DNA of 36,460 nucleotides from Demequina sp. (GTDB lineage: Bacteria > Actinomycetota > Actinomycetes > Actinomycetales > Demequinaceae), in contig JAYTGI010000105.1 in assembly GCA_043733605.1 (NCBI GenBank), positions 1-36,460 of the forward strand. The letters run 5' to 3'. The notes beneath the pieces are model-generated. The model was not told the DNA's origin and searched no databases. It was given only the letters and a program-made list of their open reading frames with translations. The translations under genes and the position numbers were made by a program. The first letter of the stretch is position 1. Each line of letters opens with the position of its first letter. Shown one piece after another: positions 1-7,943 of the stretch.

Positions 1-1386
1 GGAAGCCGCCTCATGTGGGTCTACTTACGCGCGAGTGAACACCTGTGGAGGCTGCCAGGTGACAGCATTTGCTCGGCCGCGCCCCCGGTGGCTCCGGTGC
101 GCGCGTCGGCCGCGCCTCGGCAGGCGCAGGCCAGCCTGAGCGGCATGGCTGAGAAGTATAGGGCGAAGGAACTCGCGCTGCGCCAGGCGCGGGCAAACGT
201 GGAAGTCATCAGGCAAGAGCTCAGCGCGGCCGCCGTGGCACACCCCGACGTCGACGCGCGGTCGCTAGCCACCTTGGCGCGCGCCTTTGCGCACGACCCC
301 GTCAGCGGCGCCCTGGCCTTCGGCCTCCTCGCGGCGCCGTACGTGGCCGAGGCCGAGGCCGCGTCTGGTGACGCGGTCGGAGCGTCGGCCGCCCTCGGTG
401 ACGGAGACCCTCACCCGTGCGCGAACGCAGGGGGCCCCGCGACTCAAGAGGAAATGGGCCGCGTGTTGGCGGACCGCAGAATGTGGGAGGCGCCTGGCAA
501 CAAGGACGGAGAGCTTGTTCCCCTGGCCGACGTCAAGGGAGGGTCGGGCCAGGGTCTGGGCCTCGCCGCCACCGTCGAGTTATACGGAACTGTCGGCGCC
601 GATGCCGTGGCGCGCGCGTGGTATCGATCGCAGGCGTTGCCATACGTGCGGCCGTGGTCAACGCGGAGGAAGGCAAGGCCCGCCCCCGAGCTGCCGGGAC
701 CTCTTGAACAGTGGGAAACGGGGGATGACATGGCGGATCTTGATTGGCAAGCCACCCTCCAGGCGAGCCCTGTCATCGTTCCAGGCGTGACGACGAGGCG
801 TAGAGCCTGGATAGACGACGAACCCATCGACGGCATCGCGAGCATCACGCTGGATCTCTATGTGGACTCTTCGGGGTCGATGCCCTCGCCGCGAGCGGGT
901 TCTCCCGCGATTCTTGCGGGTGCCATCCTGTGCCTGTCGATCCTCAAGGGCGGCGGTGCCGTGCGCGTCACGAGCTTCTCTGGTCCTGGTCAGGTCGCAG
1001 GGCACGACGATTACTCGACGTCGGCCGATGGTGTTCTCACCGACCTGCTGCATTCCTTCGGCGGCGGCACCAGCTTCCCCCTTGACCTCTTCGGCGAGCG
1101 ATACCGCGGAATGACCGCGCCCCGCAGCGCCTCCGCGCGCCACGTCGCCGTGCTTTCTGACGATGGGTTGAGCTCGATGTTCGGGGAGGGCAACGCCGCA
1201 TATGTCGATGTTGCGGAACGGGTGCGGCGGGTGCTCACCACCGGCACCCTCGTTCTGCTCGACCGAAGACACTCGGTGGAGGCCAGCGCCGCTCGGGCAG
1301 GCTACTCCGTGATCTACCTTGATTCCATGGACGATGCACCTGCCGCCTGCGCCAAGCTCTCGGAGGTGCTCCGTGGCCGCAGATGA
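1..1386 (+). CDS. VWA (von Willebrand factor A) domain protein, CoxE/MoxR-associated type; 5'-partial
   Basis: Frame is open from base 1. C-terminal region has MIDAS-type elements LYVDSSGSM (DxSxS), GGGTSFP (Thr) and VAVLSDDG (Asp), preceded by the EQWETGDD..DLDWQATL segment seen in CoxE-like VWA proteins. Confidence 0.85.
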   Translation, partial: GSRLMWVYLRASEHLWRLPGDSICSAAPPVAPVRASAAPRQAQASLSGMAEKYRAKELALRQARANVEVIRQELSAAAVAHPDVDARSLATLARAFAHDPVSGALAFGLLAAPYVAEAEAASGDAVGASAALGDGDPHPCANAGGPATQEEMGRVLADRRMWEAPGNKDGELVPLADVKGGSGQGLGLAATVELYGTVGADAVARAWYRSQALPYVRPWSTRRKARPAPELPGPLEQWETGDDMADLDWQATLQASPVIVPGVTTRRRAWIDDEPIDGIASITLDLYVDSSGSMPSPRAGSPAILAGAILCLSILKGGGAVRVTSFSGPGQVAGHDDYSTSADGVLTDLLHSFGGGTSFPLDLFGERYRGMTAPRSASARHVAVLSDDGLSSMFGEGNAAYVDVAERVRRVLTTGTLVLLDRRHSVEASAARAGYSVIYLDSMDDAPAACAKLSEVLRGRR

Positions 1387-1981
1387 TGCGCTCGTGGCGT
1401 GGTTTGGAACAGGCGCCGATGAGGCGGCGGAGTGGGCTCGCGCCACCCAGGGGCCGTCGTTGGCCGGCGTCGAGGCCCTGCTTTCGGCGGCGCCTTCCCC
1501 CTTCCTCGACGCCGGTGTCGACGTCATGGCTCTAGCGCGGGACGTCGGCATCGTCGATTCCTTGGCCTGCGCGCCGCACATTGGCGCCCTGGAGGTGAAG
1601 CGCGGTGCCGCTCTCGGCGTGTGGCTCATCGCTTCCGAAGAATTTGTGGCACCGCTGGTTCCGGCGCTTTCGGCAGGCAATGCTGCCCGCATGATTGACG
1701 CGCTCGCACTGCGGCTGGCGCCAGCAAGTGATCCTCTGACGTGGCTCGCTGAGGGTGAGCGGCGCGAAGAGGCCGCGCGATGTGCGCTGCTGTGGTGCGG
1801 CTACCTTCCAGCAGGAGAGAACCCCTCGACGGCAAGGAGTCTGTGGGATGGTCTCGATTCATTGAGTCGCAATGCCGCCCTGGCCAGGGTTCAAGAGGAG
1901 GCACAGCATCGCCAGGCGATCGCGAAAAAGCTCGCGGACGCGAGCGCGAGGGAGGCAAGCGCAAGGTATTCGCGTGAGTGA
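1373..1981 (+). CDS. Conserved hypothetical helical protein of the VWA/ligase operon (about 202 aa)
   Basis: GTG at 1373 with GGAGG at 1362-1366; overlaps the VWA stop by 14 nt and the next gene by 8 nt. Has an ERREEAAR..G.LP.GE motif and a charged helical C-terminus ending EASARYSRE. Confidence 0.8.
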   Translation: MAADDALVAWFGTGADEAAEWARATQGPSLAGVEALLSAAPSPFLDAGVDVMALARDVGIVDSLACAPHIGALEVKRGAALGVWLIASEEFVAPLVPALSAGNAARMIDALALRLAPASDPLTWLAEGERREEAARCALLWCGYLPAGENPSTARSLWDGLDSLSRNAALARVQEEAQHRQAIAKKLADASAREASARYSRE

Positions 1982-3365
1982 GGCGGATTACCACGACGGT
2001 CCGTCGGGCCCGTTGGACTTGCCTGAATACCGGCCCGGAGCGTCCGCCGTTCTGACCGATGAGGAACGGTGGCCAACGCTCGATGGTGTGGGAGTCGAAC
2101 GCTTGCGCAGGTGGCGCGAGCATCCTCATGCGCCCCTGTGGACCCACGCGACGGGCGACCGCATGGACGCGGCGACCGCAGCCGCCGCCGCACGACCGCT
2201 GCCTCTCGACGGTTGGCTCGACGCACACCTTGAAACGGCGCGGAGGCTGATCCGCTACAGGGACCTCGACGGTCTCGACGGGCTCCACGACTTCCCTCCC
2301 GTCTCGCGGGTTGACCTCGTCGCGGACGTGGCGGCCTTCGTGCCGCTCGATGCGGACCTCGACAAGGCCGTGCACGGATCAAGTTCGGGCTCCACGGGCG
2401 CCGCGTTGGTCGTGCCAGATGACCTCGAAGACAATGCCCGCACCTTTCACATGCTCAGGGACTTGGTGCAGCGCGAGGGCGTGACGTGGGATCCCGATCC
2501 GGAGCGCATGGCGCTCGCTTATGTGCTGCTGCAGCGGGAGGCGTTCACTTACGTTTCGCTCATTACCGGCTTCGAGTCCATGTCGATGGCGCGCGTCAAC
2601 CTCGAGCCGTTGCAGTGGCGGACGCTCGAGGCGCGCGCGAGGTTCTTGGCCGACGCGAATCCGCAGGTCATCACGGGAGACCCCGCGAGCCTCGAGTCGC
2701 TTCTCGATCCGGGAATCGCCGCGGCCGTTCATCCGCTCGCGTTGTTCTCGGGTGCGACAGCGATGTCCGCGCCCCTGCGCGCCTCGCTCGAGTTCCGGTT
2801 CGGCTGTCCCGTCTTTGACGTGTATGGCCTTCACGAGACCAGGCCCATCGGCGTGCGCACGGATGACGGGCCGTTCCGCGTGCTCGATCGCCGCGTCATT
2901 GTCGAGATCCTCGATGCGGAGGGACGCCCAGTGCCTGATGGCGAGGCGGGGGAAATCACCGTCACGTGTGGCCAAAATCGTTTTCTCCCGCTGGTGCGTT
3001 ACCGCACGGGCGACTTCGGCGCACGAGTGACCTTGGCTGACGGCGGCATCGGTATTGAGGGCCTCGAGGGCAGGGAGAGCACCGTCTTCTTGAGCGCCGA
3101 CGGTGCGGCCGTGCCCAGCGTCGACCTCACCCAGCATCTGCAGGCGCACGGTGCGCGAGGGTGGGCGGTGGAGCAGCGAGGCGACCGGTCGGTAGAGGCG
3201 CGGATCGCGGGGGGAGATCCCGTTGCGGTAGCGCGAGCGTTGGAGGCACTCTTGCCTGGGGTCGATGTAAAGGTCTCGGATGTTGGTGCGATCGCCGCAC
3301 TTGGAAGCGGCAAGCCGAGGCGATATCGAAGTGCCGCGGTGGCGGCGAAGCCTCCTCTGCGCTGA
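1974..3365 (+). CDS. Phenylacetate-CoA ligase/CapK-like adenylate-forming (ANL superfamily) enzyme
   Basis: P-loop-like HGSSSGSTG, DVYGLHET (YGxxE) and PLVRYRTGD motifs. GTG at 1974 overlaps the upstream stop and is preferred over the ORF-track start 1872. Confidence 0.85.
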   Translation: MSEADYHDGPSGPLDLPEYRPGASAVLTDEERWPTLDGVGVERLRRWREHPHAPLWTHATGDRMDAATAAAAARPLPLDGWLDAHLETARRLIRYRDLDGLDGLHDFPPVSRVDLVADVAAFVPLDADLDKAVHGSSSGSTGAALVVPDDLEDNARTFHMLRDLVQREGVTWDPDPERMALAYVLLQREAFTYVSLITGFESMSMARVNLEPLQWRTLEARARFLADANPQVITGDPASLESLLDPGIAAAVHPLALFSGATAMSAPLRASLEFRFGCPVFDVYGLHETRPIGVRTDDGPFRVLDRRVIVEILDAEGRPVPDGEAGEITVTCGQNRFLPLVRYRTGDFGARVTLADGGIGIEGLEGRESTVFLSADGAAVPSVDLTQHLQAHGARGWAVEQRGDRSVEARIAGGDPVAVARALEALLPGVDVKVSDVGAIAALGSGKPRRYRSAAVAAKPPLR

Positions 3366-3555
3366 GCGGTGTGGTCGCTGAGGGAGGTGCCAGGGGTCGC
3401 GGTTCGAACTCTCGTCCCTCGCCGATGCGGGACAATTGACCAGGTCTCCGTGTCCCTCGAACACCTTAGATGGCGAGCACCACGCCGCCACATCCTCGAA
3501 GGCCTCTCGCACAGCGAGATTCTTTCGGTAGTCATCGACCCACAGATCGGCTCTC

Positions 3556-4854
3556 ATGACCACGCTCAACCAGGCCGGACTCACGCCCACCCGCACGCGC
3601 ATGGCGTTGTTCGCGCTCGCGCTCGGCGGCTTCGGGATCGGCACCACGGAGTTCGTGGCCATGGGGCTGCTCCCCAACATCGCGCGGGACCTCCTCCCGC
3701 ACCTGTGGGCGACCAATCAAGACGAGGCACTCGCCAAGGCGGGCATCATGATCTCCGCGTACGCGGCGGGCGTAGTGGTGGGCGCCCCCACGATCGCGGC
3801 CGTGGCCGCGCGATTCCCGCGCAAGGCACTGCTCGCGTGGCTCACCGTGGCCTTCACTGTGGGCACGATCGCATCTGCGTTGGCGCCCACGTTCGAGACG
3901 GTCGTCATCTTCCGCTTCGTGGCGGGCCTGCCTCACGGCGCCTACTTCGGTGTCGCCGCGCTCGCCGCCGCCAAACTCATGGGCTCTGCGAAGAGGGGAC
4001 AGGCCGTCGCCTTTGTGCTGTCCGGACTGACCATCGCTAACGTTGTGGGCGTTCCGACGATCACGTACGTGGGCCAGCACACGTCGTGGAGGGTCGCCTA
4101 CCTCGCGGTCGCCGGCATCTTCGCCCTGTGCACTGTGGCGATCCTGGCGGTGGTTCCGCACCAAGATGGCGATCCACACGCGACCATCGCCCGTGAGCTC
4201 GGCGCATTCAAGCGCCCAGCGGTCTGGTTCGCTCTCCTCACGGGGGCGCTCGGCTTCGGCGGATTCTTTGCCGTCTACACCTATGTTTCTCCCATGGTGA
4301 CTGAACTCACGGGCTCGCCCGAGAGGCTTGTGCCAGTCGCCTTGGTCACGCTCGGCGTCGGGACGACCATCGGCAACGTCATCGGCGGCAAGCTCGCCGA
4401 CCACGGCGCGTTGAGGGCGGTCTTGTGGCTCTTTGGTGCGCTGAGCGTCGCCCTGCTGGCAGTCGTGGTGCTCTCGCATACGCTGCCAGGGCTCTTGGTT
4501 GGGCTGTTCTTGGTTGGACTTGCGGTCGCGGCCATATCGCCTGCCATCCAGACGCGCCTCATGGACGTCGCAGGCGACGCCCAGACCATGGCCGCGGCCG
4601 TGAACCACGCCTCGCTCAACATCGGGAACTCGATCGGGGCGTTCCTTGGCGGCGCAGTGATCGCGGCGGGCTGGGGCTACCTCGCGCCCACGTGGGTGGG
4701 ACTCGCTCTCGTGGTGCCAGGCGTCGTGTTCGCGCTTGCGGGTTGGCTCGTGACGCGCGGCCATGCCAACGCTGGCGCCCCGGCCGGTTCGCACCCCGTC
4801 CACGATGAGGACGCCCAGATCGTGGCCGCCGCAACTGCGCCGGCAGGAAGCTAG
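3556..4854 (+). CDS. MFS efflux transporter, DHA1/AraJ-YdhP-like
   Basis: ALGGFGIGTTEFVAMGLLPNIA N-terminus, RFVAGLPHGAYFG, GLTIANVVGVP, SLNIGNSIGA; about 12 hydrophobic segments. Confidence 0.92.
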   Translation: MTTLNQAGLTPTRTRMALFALALGGFGIGTTEFVAMGLLPNIARDLLPHLWATNQDEALAKAGIMISAYAAGVVVGAPTIAAVAARFPRKALLAWLTVAFTVGTIASALAPTFETVVIFRFVAGLPHGAYFGVAALAAAKLMGSAKRGQAVAFVLSGLTIANVVGVPTITYVGQHTSWRVAYLAVAGIFALCTVAILAVVPHQDGDPHATIARELGAFKRPAVWFALLTGALGFGGFFAVYTYVSPMVTELTGSPERLVPVALVTLGVGTTIGNVIGGKLADHGALRAVLWLFGALSVALLAVVVLSHTLPGLLVGLFLVGLAVAAISPAIQTRLMDVAGDAQTMAAAVNHASLNIGNSIGAFLGGAVIAAGWGYLAPTWVGLALVVPGVVFALAGWLVTRGHANAGAPAGSHPVHDEDAQIVAAATAPAGS

Positions 4855-5060
4855 CAGCAAGCTCGGTGGTCGAGATCACCCGCGGGTGTGTCGCGAGCCT
4901 TCAGAACCGGCCCGTGTCCTGTCCGGTGAGCGATCCGCTGTGATACGTTTTCCGCAATGCCGCGCCCGCATATGGCAAGCAGGATCCAGGCGGAGGCCAG
5001 CCTCCGCGGTGAGCAGGTGGACTGCTGTCACGCGTCCCGCCTTGAAGGACAGGATTGACG

Positions 5061-6254
5061 ATGGGGTTCATTCAGATTCTGGCGGGCACGATCAGTGGCG
5101 CCGTCGGCTCGACCGCGGCAGACCAGTACATTGACTTCTTGGTGCCGCCCAGCGACGTGTCCGACACCGCCGTCGTCTTCCCCGCGGTTGTTCAGGGCAC
5201 CAACGCGGGCCGAGGCCAAAACACGCGGCTGTCCTCCAACATCATCACCAACGGCAGCAAGATCGTGGTGCCCGAGGGCTATGGACTGCTCACCTTCCAG
5301 GACGGGAGCATCACCGCGTTCGTCGGCGAGGCGGGCGCGTACCGCTGGGACAGCGCGGACCAGAACTCCAAGTCCGTATTCACTGGCGGCGGTTTCTTCA
5401 GCTCGACCCTGCAAACCTCGTGGGAGCGCTTCAAGTTTGGCGGCCAGCCCGGATCGCAGCAGATGGCGTTCTACGTCAACCTCAAGGAGATCCCGAACAA
5501 CAAGTTCGGCACCCAGAGCGCCATCTACTGGGACGACGCTTACCTGAACGCCCAGGCTGGCGCGATCACGCGCGGCACCTATGTCATCAAGGTCGTCGAC
5601 CCCATCCTTTTCGTCAAGACCCTCGTTCCCGCGAACTACATCACCTCCAACGCGGGGGAGTTCGACATCACCCAGGTCGACAACCCCGTCTCCGAGCAAC
5701 TGTTCAGCGAGGTAGTCGGGTCGCTCGCCGGCGCCTTCTCGCGCTACGTGAACGACCCCACCAAGGAGCACAGGATCACCCGCATCCAGGGTGACTCCGT
5801 CGGCTTCGCGCAGTCCCTTGCGAGTGAGGTCGAGAAGAACTACACGTGGACCTCCGGGCGCGGCATCACCATTACTCAGGCGACGCTCGTCGCGATCGAG
5901 TACGACGCTGACACTCAGGCGCTCCTTTCCGACGTCAGGAAGGCCGATGCTTTGAGCGGCGGACGTGCCGACACGTTCCTCAAGCAGTCGATTGCACGCG
6001 GCATCGAGAACGCAGGCGAAAGCGGCGGCAGTGGTGGCGGCGGCGTGGGACTTGCCATGATGGGCATGGGCATGGGAGCCATCGGCAACCTGGTCCAGCC
6101 CACTCCTGCAACGCCGGGTGTGGGGACGGCAGCCGCGGCGCCCGCGCCGGTAGATCCCTCGGTCCAGCTCGCGCAATACAAGAAGATGCTCGATGACGGG
6201 CTCATCAACGATGCGGACTTTGAGGCGCTCAAGAAGAAGCTCCTCGGTTTGTAG
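5061..6254 (+). CDS. SPFH/band-7 domain protein (YdjI / 'virion core protein'-like) with C-terminal SHOCT domain
   Basis: NIITNGSKIVVPEG, WERFKFGGQP, FYVNLKEIPNNKFGT motifs; Gly/Met-rich linker; SHOCT-type end LAQYKKMLDDGLINDADFEALKKKLLGL. ATG 5061 follows AGGA. Confidence 0.88.
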   Translation: MGFIQILAGTISGAVGSTAADQYIDFLVPPSDVSDTAVVFPAVVQGTNAGRGQNTRLSSNIITNGSKIVVPEGYGLLTFQDGSITAFVGEAGAYRWDSADQNSKSVFTGGGFFSSTLQTSWERFKFGGQPGSQQMAFYVNLKEIPNNKFGTQSAIYWDDAYLNAQAGAITRGTYVIKVVDPILFVKTLVPANYITSNAGEFDITQVDNPVSEQLFSEVVGSLAGAFSRYVNDPTKEHRITRIQGDSVGFAQSLASEVEKNYTWTSGRGITITQATLVAIEYDADTQALLSDVRKADALSGGRADTFLKQSIARGIENAGESGGSGGGGVGLAMMGMGMGAIGNLVQPTPATPGVGTAAAAPAPVDPSVQLAQYKKMLDDGLINDADFEALKKKLLGL

Positions 6255-6260
6255 GAAGAG

Positions 6261-7508
6261 ATGAGCTCCGAGAACGTGGTCCCAGCTGGCGCCGCGCCCG
6301 CGCCCGATGCGGCCGCGCTGCCCCTGCCTGTAGACGACCGACCACAGATCATCGCGACACCCTCTGGCGCTGGAGATGGCGTCACCCGTTGCGTGAAATG
6401 CGGCGCCAGCGACGTGGTCTACAACGCCAAGACGGCGATGTTCATGTGCGGGTTCTGCAGGCACAAGTGGCAGGTCGACGGCATCGACGCATCGATGGGC
6501 CTCAGCGAGGGTATCCACGAACTCAAGGGCACCGTGATGTCGACCGCCGCGGTTGACATCGAAGACGATACCGCCCTGGTGACGCTCCACTGTGACGGTT
6601 GCGGTTCCGATGTGGTGATCGACACCGACCACAACTTGCGGGCGCGGTGTCACTGGTGCAAGCACGAGCTCTCGCTCAACAACCGTGTGGCAAACGGCGC
6701 GGTTCCCGACGGCATCCTGCCTTTCACCTTGAACAAAGATCAGGCCATGGCGAATATCGCGGCCTTCGTCGCCGAGCGCAAGTCCTTTGCGAAGGCCGAG
6801 TTCAGCACCACGTTCCGTGCCGAGAACGTCATGGGTGTCTATTTGCCGCACATGACGGTCGACGGCAACGTCACCGCGCGGCTTGACGGCGTGGGTGAGG
6901 TGCTCGAGGCGAAGATCAAGGTGGGCGAAAACCAGACGCGCTATCGCATTCGTAGGTTCTCCTTGATCAGGACCTTCAAGGTCGCGATTGACGACGTGGT
7001 GGTCTCCAGTTCCTTCGATAAGGTGAACATTCGCTCTGAGATCAGCACCAACAACATCATCAACGCGATCCTGCCGTTCGACGTGAAGAACATCGTGCGG
7101 TTCAATAGCAACTTTCTTGGCGACGCGTACACCTCGGAGCGCAGGGACATGGACATTGATGAGGCGAAGTCCTACGCTTCCGATCACTTCTTGACGATCG
7201 CTCGCGCGTCGGCCACGCCGACGGCGACGGGCTACGACCGCGGGGTGCGGTGGGATGCCGAGCAGGTCGAGATCGTGGGCAGTCGATGGACGTCCGTGCT
7301 GCTCCCCGTCTGGTTGTACGGCTTCGTCGAGCAGAAGGACGGGACGGCCATCACGCATTACATCGCGGTCAATGGGCGATCCGGCGCCACGATGGGTAGC
7401 GTTCCGATCAACACAGGCAAGGCCGCGCTGGTGTCGTGGTCCGTCGCGATCGGGGTATCGGCGATCGCATGGCCCATAGCCATCGCAATCCTGATCGCAG
7501 CCCGCTGA
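6261..7508 (+). CDS. Zinc-ribbon membrane protein (TFIIB-type zinc ribbon / YdjG-like)
   Basis: Four CxxC pairs (CVKC, CGFC, CDGC, CHWC), PDGILPF, LLPVWLY and VNGRSGATMGSVP motifs, one C-terminal TM helix; starts 6 nt after the SPFH stop with AGGA upstream. Confidence 0.88.
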   Translation: MSSENVVPAGAAPAPDAAALPLPVDDRPQIIATPSGAGDGVTRCVKCGASDVVYNAKTAMFMCGFCRHKWQVDGIDASMGLSEGIHELKGTVMSTAAVDIEDDTALVTLHCDGCGSDVVIDTDHNLRARCHWCKHELSLNNRVANGAVPDGILPFTLNKDQAMANIAAFVAERKSFAKAEFSTTFRAENVMGVYLPHMTVDGNVTARLDGVGEVLEAKIKVGENQTRYRIRRFSLIRTFKVAIDDVVVSSSFDKVNIRSEISTNNIINAILPFDVKNIVRFNSNFLGDAYTSERRDMDIDEAKSYASDHFLTIARASATPTATGYDRGVRWDAEQVEIVGSRWTSVLLPVWLYGFVEQKDGTAITHYIAVNGRSGATMGSVPINTGKAALVSWSVAIGVSAIAWPIAIAILIAAR

Positions 7509-7539
7509 GGTGACTGAGGTGACTGAGGTGACTGAGGTG
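7505..7539. repeat. 9-bp tandem repeat (CTGAGGTGA) x3.9
   Basis: Three perfect units plus 8/9 of a fourth; the first unit contains the TGA stop of the zinc-ribbon gene. Confidence 0.95.
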
Positions 7540-7592
7540 GCGAAGTCGTCGAAGACCAAGAGGATGGCGACACATGAAGACGGGGGCGCGCA

Positions 7593-7865
7593 GTGAGTAA
7601 TTCATCGGGAATTGGCTTTGTCGAGGTCGCGCTCTTTGCCGCGGGTCCTGCCTCCGGAATATTCGTGTATCAGAGCATTCAGGCCAAATACCGCAACCGC
7701 GGTGCGCGGTACATGCCGGAGCGGGATGTCGCCCGCGCGGTCACGGACATGGTGGTCACGGACGAGTTCACGGAGAGGGCGACTGTCGACAACTCGTCGA
7801 TCACAGGCCGCAACGACTCGACCCCTTCAGCGAGGGCAGCGTTCTCCAAAGTCACCGAGACGTGA
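7593..7865 (+). CDS. Small single-TM hypothetical protein (90 aa), third gene of the SPFH/zinc-ribbon operon
   Basis: GTG start after GGGGG; N-terminal hydrophobic segment with AGPA..Y..I..KYRN..Y..ER pattern; same strand and close to the two preceding genes. Confidence 0.7.
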   Translation: MSNSSGIGFVEVALFAAGPASGIFVYQSIQAKYRNRGARYMPERDVARAVTDMVVTDEFTERATVDNSSITGRNDSTPSARAAFSKVTET

Positions 7866-7943
7866 CGTCCGAGCCGCAACGCACGTGATACCCAGGGACC
7901 TAGGCCGTGGACTCGTCGTGCGGCGACAGATAGCGTGACCCAC

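Noticed and set aside
3379-3424. GGTTCGAAC T-loop-like motif suggesting a tRNA fragment or att site
   Set aside because: No T-stem pairing or cloverleaf, no match to the tRNAs in the window, no integrase nearby.
4871-4900. Sequence resembling a type I-E CRISPR repeat (translates RDHPRVCRE)
   Set aside because: Single degenerate copy, no spacers, no second repeat and no cas genes in the window.
5028-7559. 843-aa minus-strand ORF spanning the SPFH and zinc-ribbon genes
   Set aside because: Antisense shadow of two well-supported genes that share a frame; no motifs; long shadow ORFs are expected at this GC content.
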